Source: a virus (taxonomy: Duplodnaviria; Caudoviricetes). Taken from it: a stretch of 64,000 nt of DNA. Location of the stretch: the IMG/VR virus record IMGVR_UViG_3300032303_002003, positions 32,001-96,000 of that record; one strand, written 5' to 3'. This document shows, piece after piece, positions 38,278 to 48,736 of the stretch (positions are counted from its first letter, which is position 1; each line of letters opens with the position of its first letter). The notes under the pieces are model-generated. The model was not told where the DNA came from and ran no database searches. It saw only the letters and a list, made by a program, of their open reading frames with translations. The position numbers were made by a program, and so were the translations under genes.

Positions 38278-38952
38278 ATGAATATCGGACAAGAATTTAC
38301 AAGTTATTACACCAAACATTTGGGTAAAGGTTCTTTGAATTTGCATAACTATGCGGCTCAAATTGAATCATCTATGACACCTTATATCCTTGAAGAACGG
38401 GAAATGAGGGCGACACAAATCGACATCTTCTCTCGTTTAATGAGAGATAGAATTCTATGGGTTGCCGGTCCTGTTGATGATAGAATGTCTACTATTGTTC
38501 AGGCACAACTTATGTTCTTGGATAATACGGATAAAACTGATATTACTATGCATATTGACTCCGGTGGAGGCTCGGTTAAATCAGGTCTTTCTATGGTTGA
38601 TGTGATGAATTACATCGGATGCGATATCAGGACAGTAAACACAGGAATGGCGGCTTCTATGGGTTCAGTATTGCTAGGTGCGGGTACAAAAGGTAAGAGA
38701 AGTTCTTTAAGATTTTCAAGAACGATGCTTCACCAATCATCAGGTGGTTTCCACGGAAATATTCAGGATGCCGAGATTGATATGAAGGAGTGGTACAAAA
38801 TTAACAATACTCTTTTTGAACTTCTTGGTGAATATTGTGGTAAACCCGCAAAACAAGTTATGAAAGATGCCTCAAGGGATTTATGGTTAGATAGTCAGGA
38901 ATCTTTAGATTATGGTATTATTGATGAAATTGTTAAAACAAAAAAGAAGTAA
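38278..38952 (+). CDS. clpP: ATP-dependent Clp protease proteolytic subunit
   Basis: DIFSRLMRDRI, MAASMG (Ser), MLHQ (His), RDLW (Asp). Confidence 0.95.
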   Translation: MNIGQEFTSYYTKHLGKGSLNLHNYAAQIESSMTPYILEEREMRATQIDIFSRLMRDRILWVAGPVDDRMSTIVQAQLMFLDNTDKTDITMHIDSGGGSVKSGLSMVDVMNYIGCDIRTVNTGMAASMGSVLLGAGTKGKRSSLRFSRTMLHQSSGGFHGNIQDAEIDMKEWYKINNTLFELLGEYCGKPAKQVMKDASRDLWLDSQESLDYGIIDEIVKTKKK

Positions 38953-39059
38953 TGAAAAAAAAGGGTGTCTTTCGACACCCTCCTTTTAGATTTTGGAACA
39001 CCCCCTTTTTTTTAAAAATACTCATTTATATCTAGGACTTTTAAATCCGTCGATACTCT

Positions 39060-39722
39060 TTAGTTACCACCTTGTAGTTTGGTAACAATATCTTTAGCAT
39101 TACCTGAAAATTTATCAAATAATGAACAAATAGGACCTGAAATTTTAGCTTCCATATCGTTAATGAAATCTGAACCTGAAATTTTTCCACCTAATGTATT
39201 TCTTATATAATCGTAAATCATACTACCTTTCTCCGCCTCATCTTGCATTTTCATAATTAAACCTTCAGCAAAAGATTCTAAAAGTAATTTAGTCATCTGA
39301 TGACAATCTTGGAATGCGGCAATTAATTTTCTTGGGTCAGTTGTTATAAGTGAGATAACCGTTTTTTTAACAATACCTTGTGATGTGAAACCTATGGCGG
39401 TTAATATTTTATCAACCAATGGTTCAGCAATAGTTTCAATTGCACTCTTACCAAAAACATTACCAAATAATTTTTTCAAAATATCCAAAAAACCAATATC
39501 TTCTGTTATCAATAAATTATTTTGAAGGTATGCAAATTCTCTAAAGAGAGTAAATGCAAGTTTTTCTTGTTTACTCTTAGGTAATTTTTTAAAGTTTTTT
39601 ATGTTATTAACATCTTCAACAATAATCATAATTCTACTTTTGATTATTTGTTGTTCAATTAATAAAGTTTCTTTTTTTTCTTTAGCTTCAACTATTGCTC
39701 TTCTAATATTTTTTTCTAACAT
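39060..39722 (-). CDS. hypothetical helical protein with leader
   Basis: 220 aa, last gene of a late cluster. Confidence 0.65.
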   Translation of the reverse strand: MLEKNIRRAIVEAKEKKETLLIEQQIIKSRIMIIVEDVNNIKNFKKLPKSKQEKLAFTLFREFAYLQNNLLITEDIGFLDILKKLFGNVFGKSAIETIAEPLVDKILTAIGFTSQGIVKKTVISLITTDPRKLIAAFQDCHQMTKLLLESFAEGLIMKMQDEAEKGSMIYDYIRNTLGGKISGSDFINDMEAKISGPICSLFDKFSGNAKDIVTKLQGGN

Positions 39723-39743
39723 AATAATTAATTGTTTTTTCTA

Positions 39744-40856
39744 TTAAGAATAATAATTTTTAGGACATAGTCTCCAAGTATTTGGATTTGTTTTTTTCGT
39801 TTTATTATCTATACAAGGTTGACTAGCGTTAGGTTGTCGCTGCCCTTCATATTCAGTAGTAACACAAGTTAAAACATCAATAATTTTATCATAATTTTTT
39901 TCTCCACTGAATAATCCACCCCAATTATCATAATATTGTCTAACACAACTTTGAGCATTTTTCTTATCTTCAAAATTAGGTGTATCAAATTCACTCTGTT
40001 TAAAATCATCCCAATATGTTTGTATAATATTTTTACATTCTTTTCTATTATACGTGTTAGCCTCTATTCTTTTTCTCGCCTTTAATTGAGTTGCGCCAGC
40101 ATCTTTAACCATTCCGGATTTAGGTCTATACATTGTTAAACCACCTGGAAAAACATTTTCACTATTAGGAATTTTATATGGTACATATTCGTATTGATTA
40201 GTCGCATTCTCTAAATCACCACATAATAACCAAGTGGCGTTTTGTACATCAGCACTTTTAATTTTGTCAACAAAATCTTTTTGTCTTTTATCTAATCCAT
40301 TATATTTTGGACACGCCGAATTTTCACCTCTTTTAGCTCTATAGAATAGTCTTCCTTCAAATTTTGCTTTCTCCCAAGTAATTCCTTCACCACCAGGATT
40401 TAAAATAAGTGGTTTTACACCATTAGCATCTGGAGTATTTGCCTCATCCCAAGTCATCCATCCACCGCCTTGTTCTGTATTTTTTAAATCTGAGATTTTA
40501 GAATTGTTAACACATCTCCACTTAGCCCAATTACCCATACTATCTTTAACTCTAACAGATTTATTATTTTCAAAAGTGCGTACTGAATGTTCCTTATCTA
40601 AATAAAAATAACGATATATAGGAGGACTTGTTTGACCACTCATCTTAACAGCCCATCTAGTCTCTGGAGTATCACCACCACTAACTGGAACTACTTCAGC
40701 TGGTCTTGGAAAACATCCTGTATCTACAAGATTTTGTAACTCTTGTTGTATTGCATCAGTTTGTTCTAAAATAACTCGTTTTCTTGGATTATGCTTATCG
40801 TGCATTTCCAAAATTCTTTTAATTTCATTTGTGTCTACAATATATTTTGCTTTCAT
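39744..40856 (-). CDS. hypothetical protein with class C leader (NEIKRILEMH...VILE)
   Basis: 370 aa, Cys-containing. Confidence 0.7.
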   Translation of the reverse strand: MKAKYIVDTNEIKRILEMHDKHNPRKRVILEQTDAIQQELQNLVDTGCFPRPAEVVPVSGGDTPETRWAVKMSGQTSPPIYRYFYLDKEHSVRTFENNKSVRVKDSMGNWAKWRCVNNSKISDLKNTEQGGGWMTWDEANTPDANGVKPLILNPGGEGITWEKAKFEGRLFYRAKRGENSACPKYNGLDKRQKDFVDKIKSADVQNATWLLCGDLENATNQYEYVPYKIPNSENVFPGGLTMYRPKSGMVKDAGATQLKARKRIEANTYNRKECKNIIQTYWDDFKQSEFDTPNFEDKKNAQSCVRQYYDNWGGLFSGEKNYDKIIDVLTCVTTEYEGQRQPNASQPCIDNKTKKTNPNTWRLCPKNYYS

Positions 40857-40861
40857 AATAA

Positions 40862-41593
40862 TTAATATTCGGCTTCAGCAGCGTTTTCTTCTTCTCCGCT
40901 ACCATAATTTATTTCATCATCTTTTTTAACTGGTTTTGGTTCAATTTTAACAGGAGGTTTTACAGGTGAAGAAGACTTATCTTTAACCAATTCAATCCAA
41001 GTTTTTGGACCAACTACACCATCAGGTGTTAATCCTTTTGAATTTTGAAAATCAATAACCATTTGTTTTGTTCTACCACCAAATACTCCATCAATTGTTC
41101 CGTCTTTACTGAAATTAGGAAATCCGTGTTTTTTAAGATGTTTTTGTATTTCTTTAACAATATCACCCTTAACACATTTTTTGATAAAAGTTCCTGAAAT
41201 AATATCAGCACCTGTTGCAGTCGTTGTTGGACAAGCCGCCGGTGATGGTGATGGATTTGGTCCTGGCGCCGGTGATGGTGGTGGGATTACAGGTGGGTTT
41301 GGTACAGGTGGTGTAGAAGTACAAAATGGTTCAGTTTTTGCCCAATTTAAATCACAACAATATTCTTTGAAAAAATCTTCGGACGTAAGTGGTATTCCGT
41401 CGCTATCCATTATAGGTCTTTTAACATTATTAAAATATAAATATATACCTTTAGAACCCTTACGAGTTTCAAACATATTTAAAAAAGAATCAATGCTGTC
41501 AACTTTTTTATTATTTTCATCAAATAAATAAATATTTTTTTCGTCGACTATCGACATATAAGTTTTATAAAGTATTTTTCGTTTTTTTAACAT
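40862..41593 (-). CDS. peptidoglycan-binding domain protein
   Basis: GDIVKEIQKHL...DGVFGGRTKQMVIDFQ...GLTPDGVVGPKTW. Confidence 0.8.
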   Translation of the reverse strand: MLKKRKILYKTYMSIVDEKNIYLFDENNKKVDSIDSFLNMFETRKGSKGIYLYFNNVKRPIMDSDGIPLTSEDFFKEYCCDLNWAKTEPFCTSTPPVPNPPVIPPPSPAPGPNPSPSPAACPTTTATGADIISGTFIKKCVKGDIVKEIQKHLKKHGFPNFSKDGTIDGVFGGRTKQMVIDFQNSKGLTPDGVVGPKTWIELVKDKSSSPVKPPVKIEPKPVKKDDEINYGSGEEENAAEAEY

Positions 41594-41601
41594 TTTTATA
41601 A

Positions 41602-42696
41602 TTATTTTTCATAAATAGGATTCCCATCAACATCATATCCTATAATTTTTTTATCATCTTTCTTTTCTTCGGGTTTAGTCTCATCAGGGTTAGTTTCATC
41701 ATCCTTTTTATCTTTGCCTGAATCATCGAAGAGTTTTTTATCCGCGGCAGAACAAAAAGTTTTCAAGATTGGTTTATCACAAATAGTGGTAAATAATCCA
41801 TAAGCTATATATCCGCCAAATAAAGTTGCTCCAATTTTAATTGCCGCCCATAAATTTCCTGGTGTAATATTTTTTTTAGAACCTTCCCAAAAACTTTTCC
41901 ACCACTTTATTTTCCTTTGTACTATTGGGTCGGTAGTTTTTTCAATTGCGGTCAATGCATCTTCTAATTTTTTACCAAATATTTCTAATGCATTCTGTGC
42001 TTGCACTTTTTCTAGTTTTGATAAATTTGTAAATTTATTTTCGGCATCTTTAGCAGCGGTATTTAAAATTTTTATTTCTTCTTCTGTAAACATTTTTTCT
42101 TGGCTAGGTGTCAATTTGAAGTAAGCAATTGCTTCTGCATTTAAAGTAGATGTTGTTGGTCCAACAATTGGAGACGATTTTACATTCGGTTCCCATTTTT
42201 CCCAAAAAATTCTATTTTCATCTGATACCAAACCATATTTTTCCGCGGTTCTAACTATTCTATTATGGTCTTTTGTTGCATTCCATAAATTTTCAAAATC
42301 AGAATAATTAGATGCCGCACTTTTACTTACAATTCCATCCGCAATTTCTTGGAATATTTGTTTATCTTTTGATAAAATGGCATCAAAAAGAATTCTTGTT
42401 GCAGATGCATCTTTAACCAAGTTATCAACTAAATTTTCAGCACTCTGAGTTGCCCCTTGGGTAACTTCTTCACCGATTTTTTCAAATTTACTTAAAGCAC
42501 TTGCATCTGTTGAAATTGATTTCTCAATCGCTTCTAATGAAGCCCTGTCTAACGCCTTTGTACCTGAAATTCCAAATCTTTCAAGAACTTTTTCAATTCC
42601 TTCAATAACTCCAGGTGTTCCTAAAGCTTCATTAAGTAATTTTAAACCAATAATTTCTCTGAATCTATTTATCTCAGATAATATTTCTTTCTTCAT
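41602..42696 (-). CDS. hypothetical protein with class B leader and C-proximal TM segment
   Basis: MKKEILSEINRFREIIGLKLLNE; LWAAIKIGATLFGGYIAYGLF. Confidence 0.7.
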   Translation of the reverse strand: MKKEILSEINRFREIIGLKLLNEALGTPGVIEGIEKVLERFGISGTKALDRASLEAIEKSISTDASALSKFEKIGEEVTQGATQSAENLVDNLVKDASATRILFDAILSKDKQIFQEIADGIVSKSAASNYSDFENLWNATKDHNRIVRTAEKYGLVSDENRIFWEKWEPNVKSSPIVGPTTSTLNAEAIAYFKLTPSQEKMFTEEEIKILNTAAKDAENKFTNLSKLEKVQAQNALEIFGKKLEDALTAIEKTTDPIVQRKIKWWKSFWEGSKKNITPGNLWAAIKIGATLFGGYIAYGLFTTICDKPILKTFCSAADKKLFDDSGKDKKDDETNPDETKPEEKKDDKKIIGYDVDGNPIYEK

Positions 42697-42740
42697 AATA
42701 TTTTTATTTATAAATATATTTAATATATAAAAAATTTATT

Positions 42741-45470
42741 TTATTCTGTTTTTTTAATGTTTTGACCATTTTCAGAATCTTCCATATCATTATAATATTT
42801 TAAAACTTCTTCATTATTTCCATTATAAAACCACGTACCAATTGGAGGATTAGAAGAGTTTATAATTTTTATAAAATCATCTTCTGTATAGTTTATTTGT
42901 TTTTTTGTTTGTTTATCTGTGAAAGTAATATATTTTTCTTTCTTTTTTTGTCCTGCAATCGCCTCTTGAATCTCCTTATTAATTTCATCTCTAACTTGTT
43001 GGGCCTTTTCTTTGGGTATTGTTGTAACAGTATAACCTTCTATAAGTTTTGCCTTTTCTTTTATAATAAAATCTTTTTTTCCTTTAATGACATCAGAAGA
43101 TAAAACTGCTTTTTGTTCATTGGATAAACTAACATTTAATGCAATTTGTTCCAAATAAATTCTCATAATCAATTGTTGATTTGGACTCAAATTATTCATG
43201 TAAGTTTTGGCGGCTCTTTTTTCTTGTTCAGTTTCTATACAATTCTTACAAAATTGGTTGATAAATTCAACAGTTTTGTCATGTAAATCTTCAATAGTTT
43301 TCATTACTTTAAAATCAGTATATATGGTTGCCCCAAATTTGACAATTCCCGGAATTTTTCTAACTTTAGATGTTTTTTCAGCAAAATTTTCAAGGTTTGA
43401 AAAAACATTTTTAAAATCGTTTTCACTTAAAGACATGCTTTTTCTAAAAATTAAAGATTCTTCTTTTGTTAAAAATCCTGAGGCCAAAAATTGTTCCATT
43501 TGTTTAGGAGTATTTAATAATCCTTCATTTAATGAGCTAATTTTTTCTGCAAGACTTTTTGTAACATCAACTGTTAATTCTTCCGCCTTAAATATATTTG
43601 CAACCTTACCATATATCTTATGTATTTGTGGTAAACAAGCAAAGAAAAATGACAATGCAGCCTCTTTAGTATCTCCTTTGGCAAGTTGATAAGTTCCAAC
43701 ACTAACATTCATTATGATATCTGCAGCTGTTGCAGCACCAACTAACCAAGGTGCAGCACCGCCCATAGTACAAATAGTTGTAATTGTTGCAATCCCTAAC
43801 TGAGCCCATATTAACCATTCATCAATAAAATAATCAAAAGCATTTCTATTATCATATCCATAATTTTGAATTGTGCCACTAACCATAGCTTTTAACTTAT
43901 TATATTCATCTTTTTGCTCATCAGTTAAATAATTATAAACAAATTCCATCACAGTACCATTTGATGTACCATCCATATCAAAATTTGTAACCTCAAACTG
44001 ATGTGACTCTTCAAATTCTTTTAATTTTTGTTTCGCAGTACTTAATTCTTGTTTAAATTTAATTTTTAATTCCGGACAAATACCTGTTGGAAATTTTTCA
44101 TCATAATATTTGTTGATTAAATTAGTTATTTGAACTCTACAATTATTACTTGGTGTTTTTGACTCTTCTTTTGTTGCGGCAATTTGAACGGAACTAGGTA
44201 ATGTAGATGGTCTAGGAAATTTATTGGAAATTATTTTTCCTGACTCATCAAGAAAATATTTATCCCATTCTTTGCTATAAGCACAACTCAAATCCAATGG
44301 ATTTGTAATTATTTCATATAATTCAGTTAAAAAATCTTCATAACAAAAAGGACTAAATCCTTTTGGGGTCGTTATTTCTAAATTAGGAGTTAATCTTTGT
44401 TCAAATTTTTCTCCTGCAATTCTCATATGCTGCTCTACTCTGTTTTCTAAATTTGCCTTATTTACACTACATCTCAACTGACCTTCACTAGTTGTTATTA
44501 GTAAATTATAATCAAATTGATTTCCGTCATCAATTAACGATGGACTACCACCACCATAATATCTATTATTTTTTACTTTTTCATATAAACTTTTAAGATT
44601 TATTAATCTTGACATATCAACCTTTACAATAACATATCCTGTATAATTTGGAGGAATTTCTTTACTTGTAAATTCAAAATCAGTTACTTCATCCATCCAC
44701 TCTTGAGCGTTTTTTTGACCTAAATAATCACTCTGATACGATGTCGCATATATTTCAACTTTTTCTATTTTTAAAGGTCTATCAGTGTTGTTATTACTTA
44801 TTTCATAGGTTATTGTAGTTGCTTTTGGAAAATTTTGATACCCAAATTCTATTGGTTTATCTTTACTTATTTTAACACTAACTAACCCCGTGTTATCTTT
44901 TGGGTCATCGGTCTTCCAATTATATGGAGTTTGAGGTCTTTCACCTTTGTATAACACATTTTTTGTTCCTTCTCCACTTGAATTATAAACATAATAACCT
45001 TTAAAATAATAACCATTAAATTTATCTTTAGGGTCTCCTCCTTTTTTTTGGGTTATATAGGCTCTCATTTCATCACCATTTTCTTTTTCAAATGAAGAAA
45101 CTGAGGGGATATTTAAAAACTCTTGAAACAATTCTTTATTCCACAACTGGCCAGTTGAACCTGTAAATTTACTACCATCATTTGCAACCCAATTTGAAGG
45201 GTCTGCTGTTGTGTCAAAAATATCTGTTATTATTATATTTGAAGGTGCGTATAACGAAAATTTACCGTCTGGTGATTTTATTCTATTATTTTGATAAACT
45301 TGTTTAATTTCATCCGTACTATATTTAGGAGAAGTTGGGAATGATTGTGGGGCCTCAATAATTAAACTTTTTTTATTTTCTGTTAAAGTTTTTTTTGTGT
45401 CATAATTCATTAATAACTTCATTCTATGAAGTAATTCATTTGTTTCTTGAATTGTAAAATTTTTCTTCAT
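42741..45470 (-). CDS. large protein with class B leader, Ig-like segment and hydrophobic hairpin
   Basis: 909 aa; YEISN....PLKIEKV...EIPP..TG.V.V; WAQLGIATITTICTMGGAAPWLVGAATAAD. Confidence 0.65.
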   Translation of the reverse strand: MKKNFTIQETNELLHRMKLLMNYDTKKTLTENKKSLIIEAPQSFPTSPKYSTDEIKQVYQNNRIKSPDGKFSLYAPSNIIITDIFDTTADPSNWVANDGSKFTGSTGQLWNKELFQEFLNIPSVSSFEKENGDEMRAYITQKKGGDPKDKFNGYYFKGYYVYNSSGEGTKNVLYKGERPQTPYNWKTDDPKDNTGLVSVKISKDKPIEFGYQNFPKATTITYEISNNNTDRPLKIEKVEIYATSYQSDYLGQKNAQEWMDEVTDFEFTSKEIPPNYTGYVIVKVDMSRLINLKSLYEKVKNNRYYGGGSPSLIDDGNQFDYNLLITTSEGQLRCSVNKANLENRVEQHMRIAGEKFEQRLTPNLEITTPKGFSPFCYEDFLTELYEIITNPLDLSCAYSKEWDKYFLDESGKIISNKFPRPSTLPSSVQIAATKEESKTPSNNCRVQITNLINKYYDEKFPTGICPELKIKFKQELSTAKQKLKEFEESHQFEVTNFDMDGTSNGTVMEFVYNYLTDEQKDEYNKLKAMVSGTIQNYGYDNRNAFDYFIDEWLIWAQLGIATITTICTMGGAAPWLVGAATAADIIMNVSVGTYQLAKGDTKEAALSFFFACLPQIHKIYGKVANIFKAEELTVDVTKSLAEKISSLNEGLLNTPKQMEQFLASGFLTKEESLIFRKSMSLSENDFKNVFSNLENFAEKTSKVRKIPGIVKFGATIYTDFKVMKTIEDLHDKTVEFINQFCKNCIETEQEKRAAKTYMNNLSPNQQLIMRIYLEQIALNVSLSNEQKAVLSSDVIKGKKDFIIKEKAKLIEGYTVTTIPKEKAQQVRDEINKEIQEAIAGQKKKEKYITFTDKQTKKQINYTEDDFIKIINSSNPPIGTWFYNGNNEEVLKYYNDMEDSENGQNIKKTE

Positions 45471-45473
45471 TGA

Positions 45474-45728
45474 TTACCAAGTTTGATTTGCAACACCTCT
45501 TTTAACACCAGTGTTCCATACTTCACCTTTTTTACCTAACATATTAGCCTTACTTCTTGCAGGTCCCCCAACAATATCCGCCCATTGTGGCATTGCCTTT
45601 CCACCACCACCTGATGGTGATGAGGAACTACTAGCACCTGCGGTCTCCTGTTCAGTAAATTCTTCTTTACTTTCGGATTTTGTATTATTTTTATAAAATT
45701 TGATTAAAAAATCTACGTCTAAATTCAT
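45474..45728 (-). CDS. hypothetical late protein
   Basis: 84 aa, R..AN repeats, TATTTAT upstream. Confidence 0.6.
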   Translation of the reverse strand: MNLDVDFLIKFYKNNTKSESKEEFTEQETAGASSSSSPSGGGGKAMPQWADIVGGPARSKANMLGKKGEVWNTGVKRGVANQTW

Positions 45729-45740
45729 AACTTATAAATA

Positions 45741-46037
45741 TCAGTAAAATTCGGATTTCGGTATTGATTTAGAATTTATTGTATAATACTCATTTAAGAA
45801 AGATATTAGTATGTCTTCATCTAATTCAGTTTCATCTGTGGTAGGTTCATCTTCGTCATCATCCTCAAAAAAATCAAATGATTCTGTCTCTAATTCATAT
45901 CCGTATTCTTCTGCTAATGTGTAGTCAATTTGGTCGTTTCTTAAAACATCCTCGTTATCATCTATTGTTCTGAAACTTACTTCTAATATATTTGAATCTG
46001 TATTGAGGAAGTAAGATATTATTTCTTTAATTTCCAT
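45741..46037 (-). CDS. hypothetical acidic protein
   Basis: ATG start MEIKE preferred. Confidence 0.6.
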   Translation of the reverse strand: MEIKEIISYFLNTDSNILEVSFRTIDDNEDVLRNDQIDYTLAEEYGYELETESFDFFEDDDEDEPTTDETELDEDILISFLNEYYTINSKSIPKSEFY

Positions 46038-46123
46038 ATGGTTTGTTTTATAAAGAAATATCACAAAATATATGAAAATCTACATTTGCATAAAAAAACC
46101 CTCCGTTTTGGAGGGTTAATTTT

Positions 46124-46894
46124 TTAATTATATCTATTCATTCGGTTGAACATCTCATTTATCTTTGTTTTTTGTGTGATAAATGATTCTTTAATATCTT
46201 CATCAATTTCTTCCCAATCAATATCTTCAACATCACCCATTTTTCTTTTCATTCTTTTTGGTGCTGTGTCTCTTTCTCCGTAATCTACTAAATCATAAAA
46301 TTTATCGCTATAATCTGTAAAATCATCATAATCATTTGTATCATAAAAACCTTCTTCCATTTCTTGCTCATTACGAGTATATGGTCCTTGAGCTTGATTA
46401 GGCCCATCAGATTTAAAATCATACGCCTCAAAATCAATATCAGAATATAATGGACTTGGTCCTGAAATTTCATCTAACTCATCAGAAAATGCAGATTCCA
46501 TTTGTTCGTATTCAACTTCTTCGTCTGTGTAATCAAATTTATTTTTTGATTTATTAAATGGTTTTGCAACATCATAAATCCCTTCTTCTTCCATATCTTC
46601 TTCCATATATCCTCTTCCACATTCCATACATTCTCCTTCCATTAATGGTGAACCGCATTCAGAACATACTTCTTTTGATTCTTTCATATAAATTTTATTG
46701 TTATATGAACTAACTTCGCCTGAACCATTAACGGTAATGCCTTCTTTATCATTTGCAAAATCTTGAACATAAAGTGGTTGTTCGTTTTGAACTTCGTTCT
46801 GCATTCTTTTGTATCCGTTATAAACTTCTCTGTGTTTACCTAAAATGTCTGACTTCTCATCATTTGATAATTGTCCTAAAGTATAAAATCTCAT
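46124..46894 (-). CDS. acidic protein with class C leader and zinc ribbon
   Basis: LSNDEKSDILGKH leader; CSECG...CMECG. Confidence 0.65.
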   Translation of the reverse strand: MRFYTLGQLSNDEKSDILGKHREVYNGYKRMQNEVQNEQPLYVQDFANDKEGITVNGSGEVSSYNNKIYMKESKEVCSECGSPLMEGECMECGRGYMEEDMEEEGIYDVAKPFNKSKNKFDYTDEEVEYEQMESAFSDELDEISGPSPLYSDIDFEAYDFKSDGPNQAQGPYTRNEQEMEEGFYDTNDYDDFTDYSDKFYDLVDYGERDTAPKRMKRKMGDVEDIDWEEIDEDIKESFITQKTKINEMFNRMNRYN

Positions 46895-46971
46895 AATATA
46901 TTATTTTATAATAAATACATTCTTATTTGAGAAATTATTGATTATTGATTTTATTTCTTTTATCTTTGTGG

Positions 46972-47050
46972 AAACAAGTTGAATTCTTTTTTTTCTGATA
47001 GTTTATTGGTAGTTTACTAGAGAACTAATTTGAATTCACTTGTTTTTTTT
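46972..47050 (+). ncRNA. candidate small RNA or attenuator hairpin
   Basis: Directly after TATCTTTG; AAACAAGTTGAATTC pairs with GAATTCACTTGTTT, then T-run. Confidence 0.45.
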
Positions 47051-47079
47051 AAACATTAACAAAACAACAAAAAATAATT

Positions 47080-47316
47080 ATGAAACTACAATTACTTGTG
47101 TTCAACACAACACTAAAAACAGTAAAACTTTATGAAAGTGACGAAGAATCTAAAATTCTTTTTCATTTTTCTAACATTCCAACAGTAAAAGTAAAAGAAG
47201 AAGGACAGTATTATGAAGTTATTCAAAAAGGTATTGATATGATGACTTCCGAAGAAAGAAGTCTTCCAATCGCAAGATTCCCTATCGCTAATACAAATAT
47301 GCTTATTGAAAAATAA
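47080..47316 (+). CDS. hypothetical protein
   Basis: 78 aa ORF. Confidence 0.6.
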   Translation: MKLQLLVFNTTLKTVKLYESDEESKILFHFSNIPTVKVKEEGQYYEVIQKGIDMMTSEERSLPIARFPIANTNMLIEK

Positions 47317-47498
47317 TGCCGAACTTTGAAAAAATATTGAATGAGAATATCTCTCACAGTATGATTCTTGATAGAGATGGGATTTTAAAGGCTCTCAAAA
47401 TTTCATATGAAATTGGTAAAGTAGAGGCTTTAGAATCCCTCCTTTCTTTTGATATTTCCGCAGAATTAAAAGAAAAAATAATTAAGGAATTATATTAG
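47316..47498 (+). CDS. hypothetical protein
   Basis: 60 aa ORF with coupled stop/start. Confidence 0.55.
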   Translation: MPNFEKILNENISHSMILDRDGILKALKISYEIGKVEALESLLSFDISAELKEKIIKELY

Positions 47499-48082
47499 AT
47501 GAAATTTCCGTAAAAATCCCACATTTTATTTGCTAGTTTTCTAATATTAGAATTAACATTATCAACTGAAACTTCTTTTCCCTTCGATTCCAGATATTTC
47601 ATAGTGCCTCTAATCATCATACTTTTAACACTGTCAGCCATATCTAAAACTTGTTCAAACGCTTCTTTATCGGGTGGATTTTCCCCGTAGTACCTATCAA
47701 TATGTTCCCTACCTGCATAAAGTAATGGAGACGCCGCAAACATATTAGTAATTCCACTTTCTCTAACTTTCATAAGAAAATCTCTTACGTCTCTATGTTT
47801 AAAATATTTTAATAAATCTCCATTATCCCTTAACCAATCTTCTGCGGACTCATCTATGTTCTTTTTTTTTACGTGTTTCCAAACATCGTAGTTTGATAAG
47901 ATAGATAAACTACTTCCGTTGTCCCATTTTACGGTGAGAATTTTATTACCATCCTCAAATGGGTCATTTGCGATATGTGTAACAGTTCCTTCTGTACCGG
48001 GGTTAACTGTTGTCTCGCCTTCCATATGGTATAGAATAATTCTATCTCCAAGGTTTAATTCAGGATTTTTTGCACTTTTCAT
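47495..48082 (-). CDS. two-domain protein (DUF4314-like plus VRESG.TNMF domain)
   Basis: GDRIIL.HM...PGTEGTV...VKWDNGSSL; TATTTAT upstream. Confidence 0.6.
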   Translation of the reverse strand: MKSAKNPELNLGDRIILYHMEGETTVNPGTEGTVTHIANDPFEDGNKILTVKWDNGSSLSILSNYDVWKHVKKKNIDESAEDWLRDNGDLLKYFKHRDVRDFLMKVRESGITNMFAASPLLYAGREHIDRYYGENPPDKEAFEQVLDMADSVKSMMIRGTMKYLESKGKEVSVDNVNSNIRKLANKMWDFYGNFI

Positions 48083-48115
48083 AACAATAAATATTATAAT
48101 TATATTTATATAAAT

Positions 48116-48736
48116 ATGAACTTTTTAATAACAGAAACACAATTAAAATTTTTAGTTGAAGGAATTTCAAGTCCAAGGGTTGTTGAATATTTGAGAAAGA
48201 TGAATTCATTCACAAATAGAATGGTTAATAAGGTTGGGAAAAAATACGGACTTAATTTAAGATTATTAACTACTTGGGGTCCTGCAGTTGGAGGACTTGT
48301 TATGCCACTTGATAATTTTATTAGAACGGGTGAATTTAATTTGGATGATAATCAAATTGCATTAATATTATGTGGAGCGGCTGCCACATTATTTTTTGAT
48401 AATAAACCTTTAATGAGGGAATTGGTTAAAAAAATTAAAGAAGAGGGTATTGAGGACGCTTTTAAAGCGGTTTTACGTAAAGGAAAGGATTTGAAATATG
48501 CTTTTACAACATTTATTGAATCTTTAAATGTTACAATCAATAGTGCATCTGAAATATTATCTTACGCATTTTTATTACCAATTATTCCTGATATTCAAAG
48601 TATGATTGCAAGAAGTGCTGACTTAACTAAAACGGCAACTTTAATTGGTGAAAGAATGGGTGCTTCGGGTTTGATTTTGATTAGTTCTGCGGCCCTTATA
48701 TCAATATTGAATAAAATATTAAAAAGATTATCTTAA
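48116..48736 (+). CDS. hydrophobic protein with leader MNFLITETQLKFLVE
   Basis: 206 aa; TATTTAT upstream. Confidence 0.65.
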   Translation: MNFLITETQLKFLVEGISSPRVVEYLRKMNSFTNRMVNKVGKKYGLNLRLLTTWGPAVGGLVMPLDNFIRTGEFNLDDNQIALILCGAAATLFFDNKPLMRELVKKIKEEGIEDAFKAVLRKGKDLKYAFTTFIESLNVTINSASEILSYAFLLPIIPDIQSMIARSADLTKTATLIGERMGASGLILISSAALISILNKILKRLS

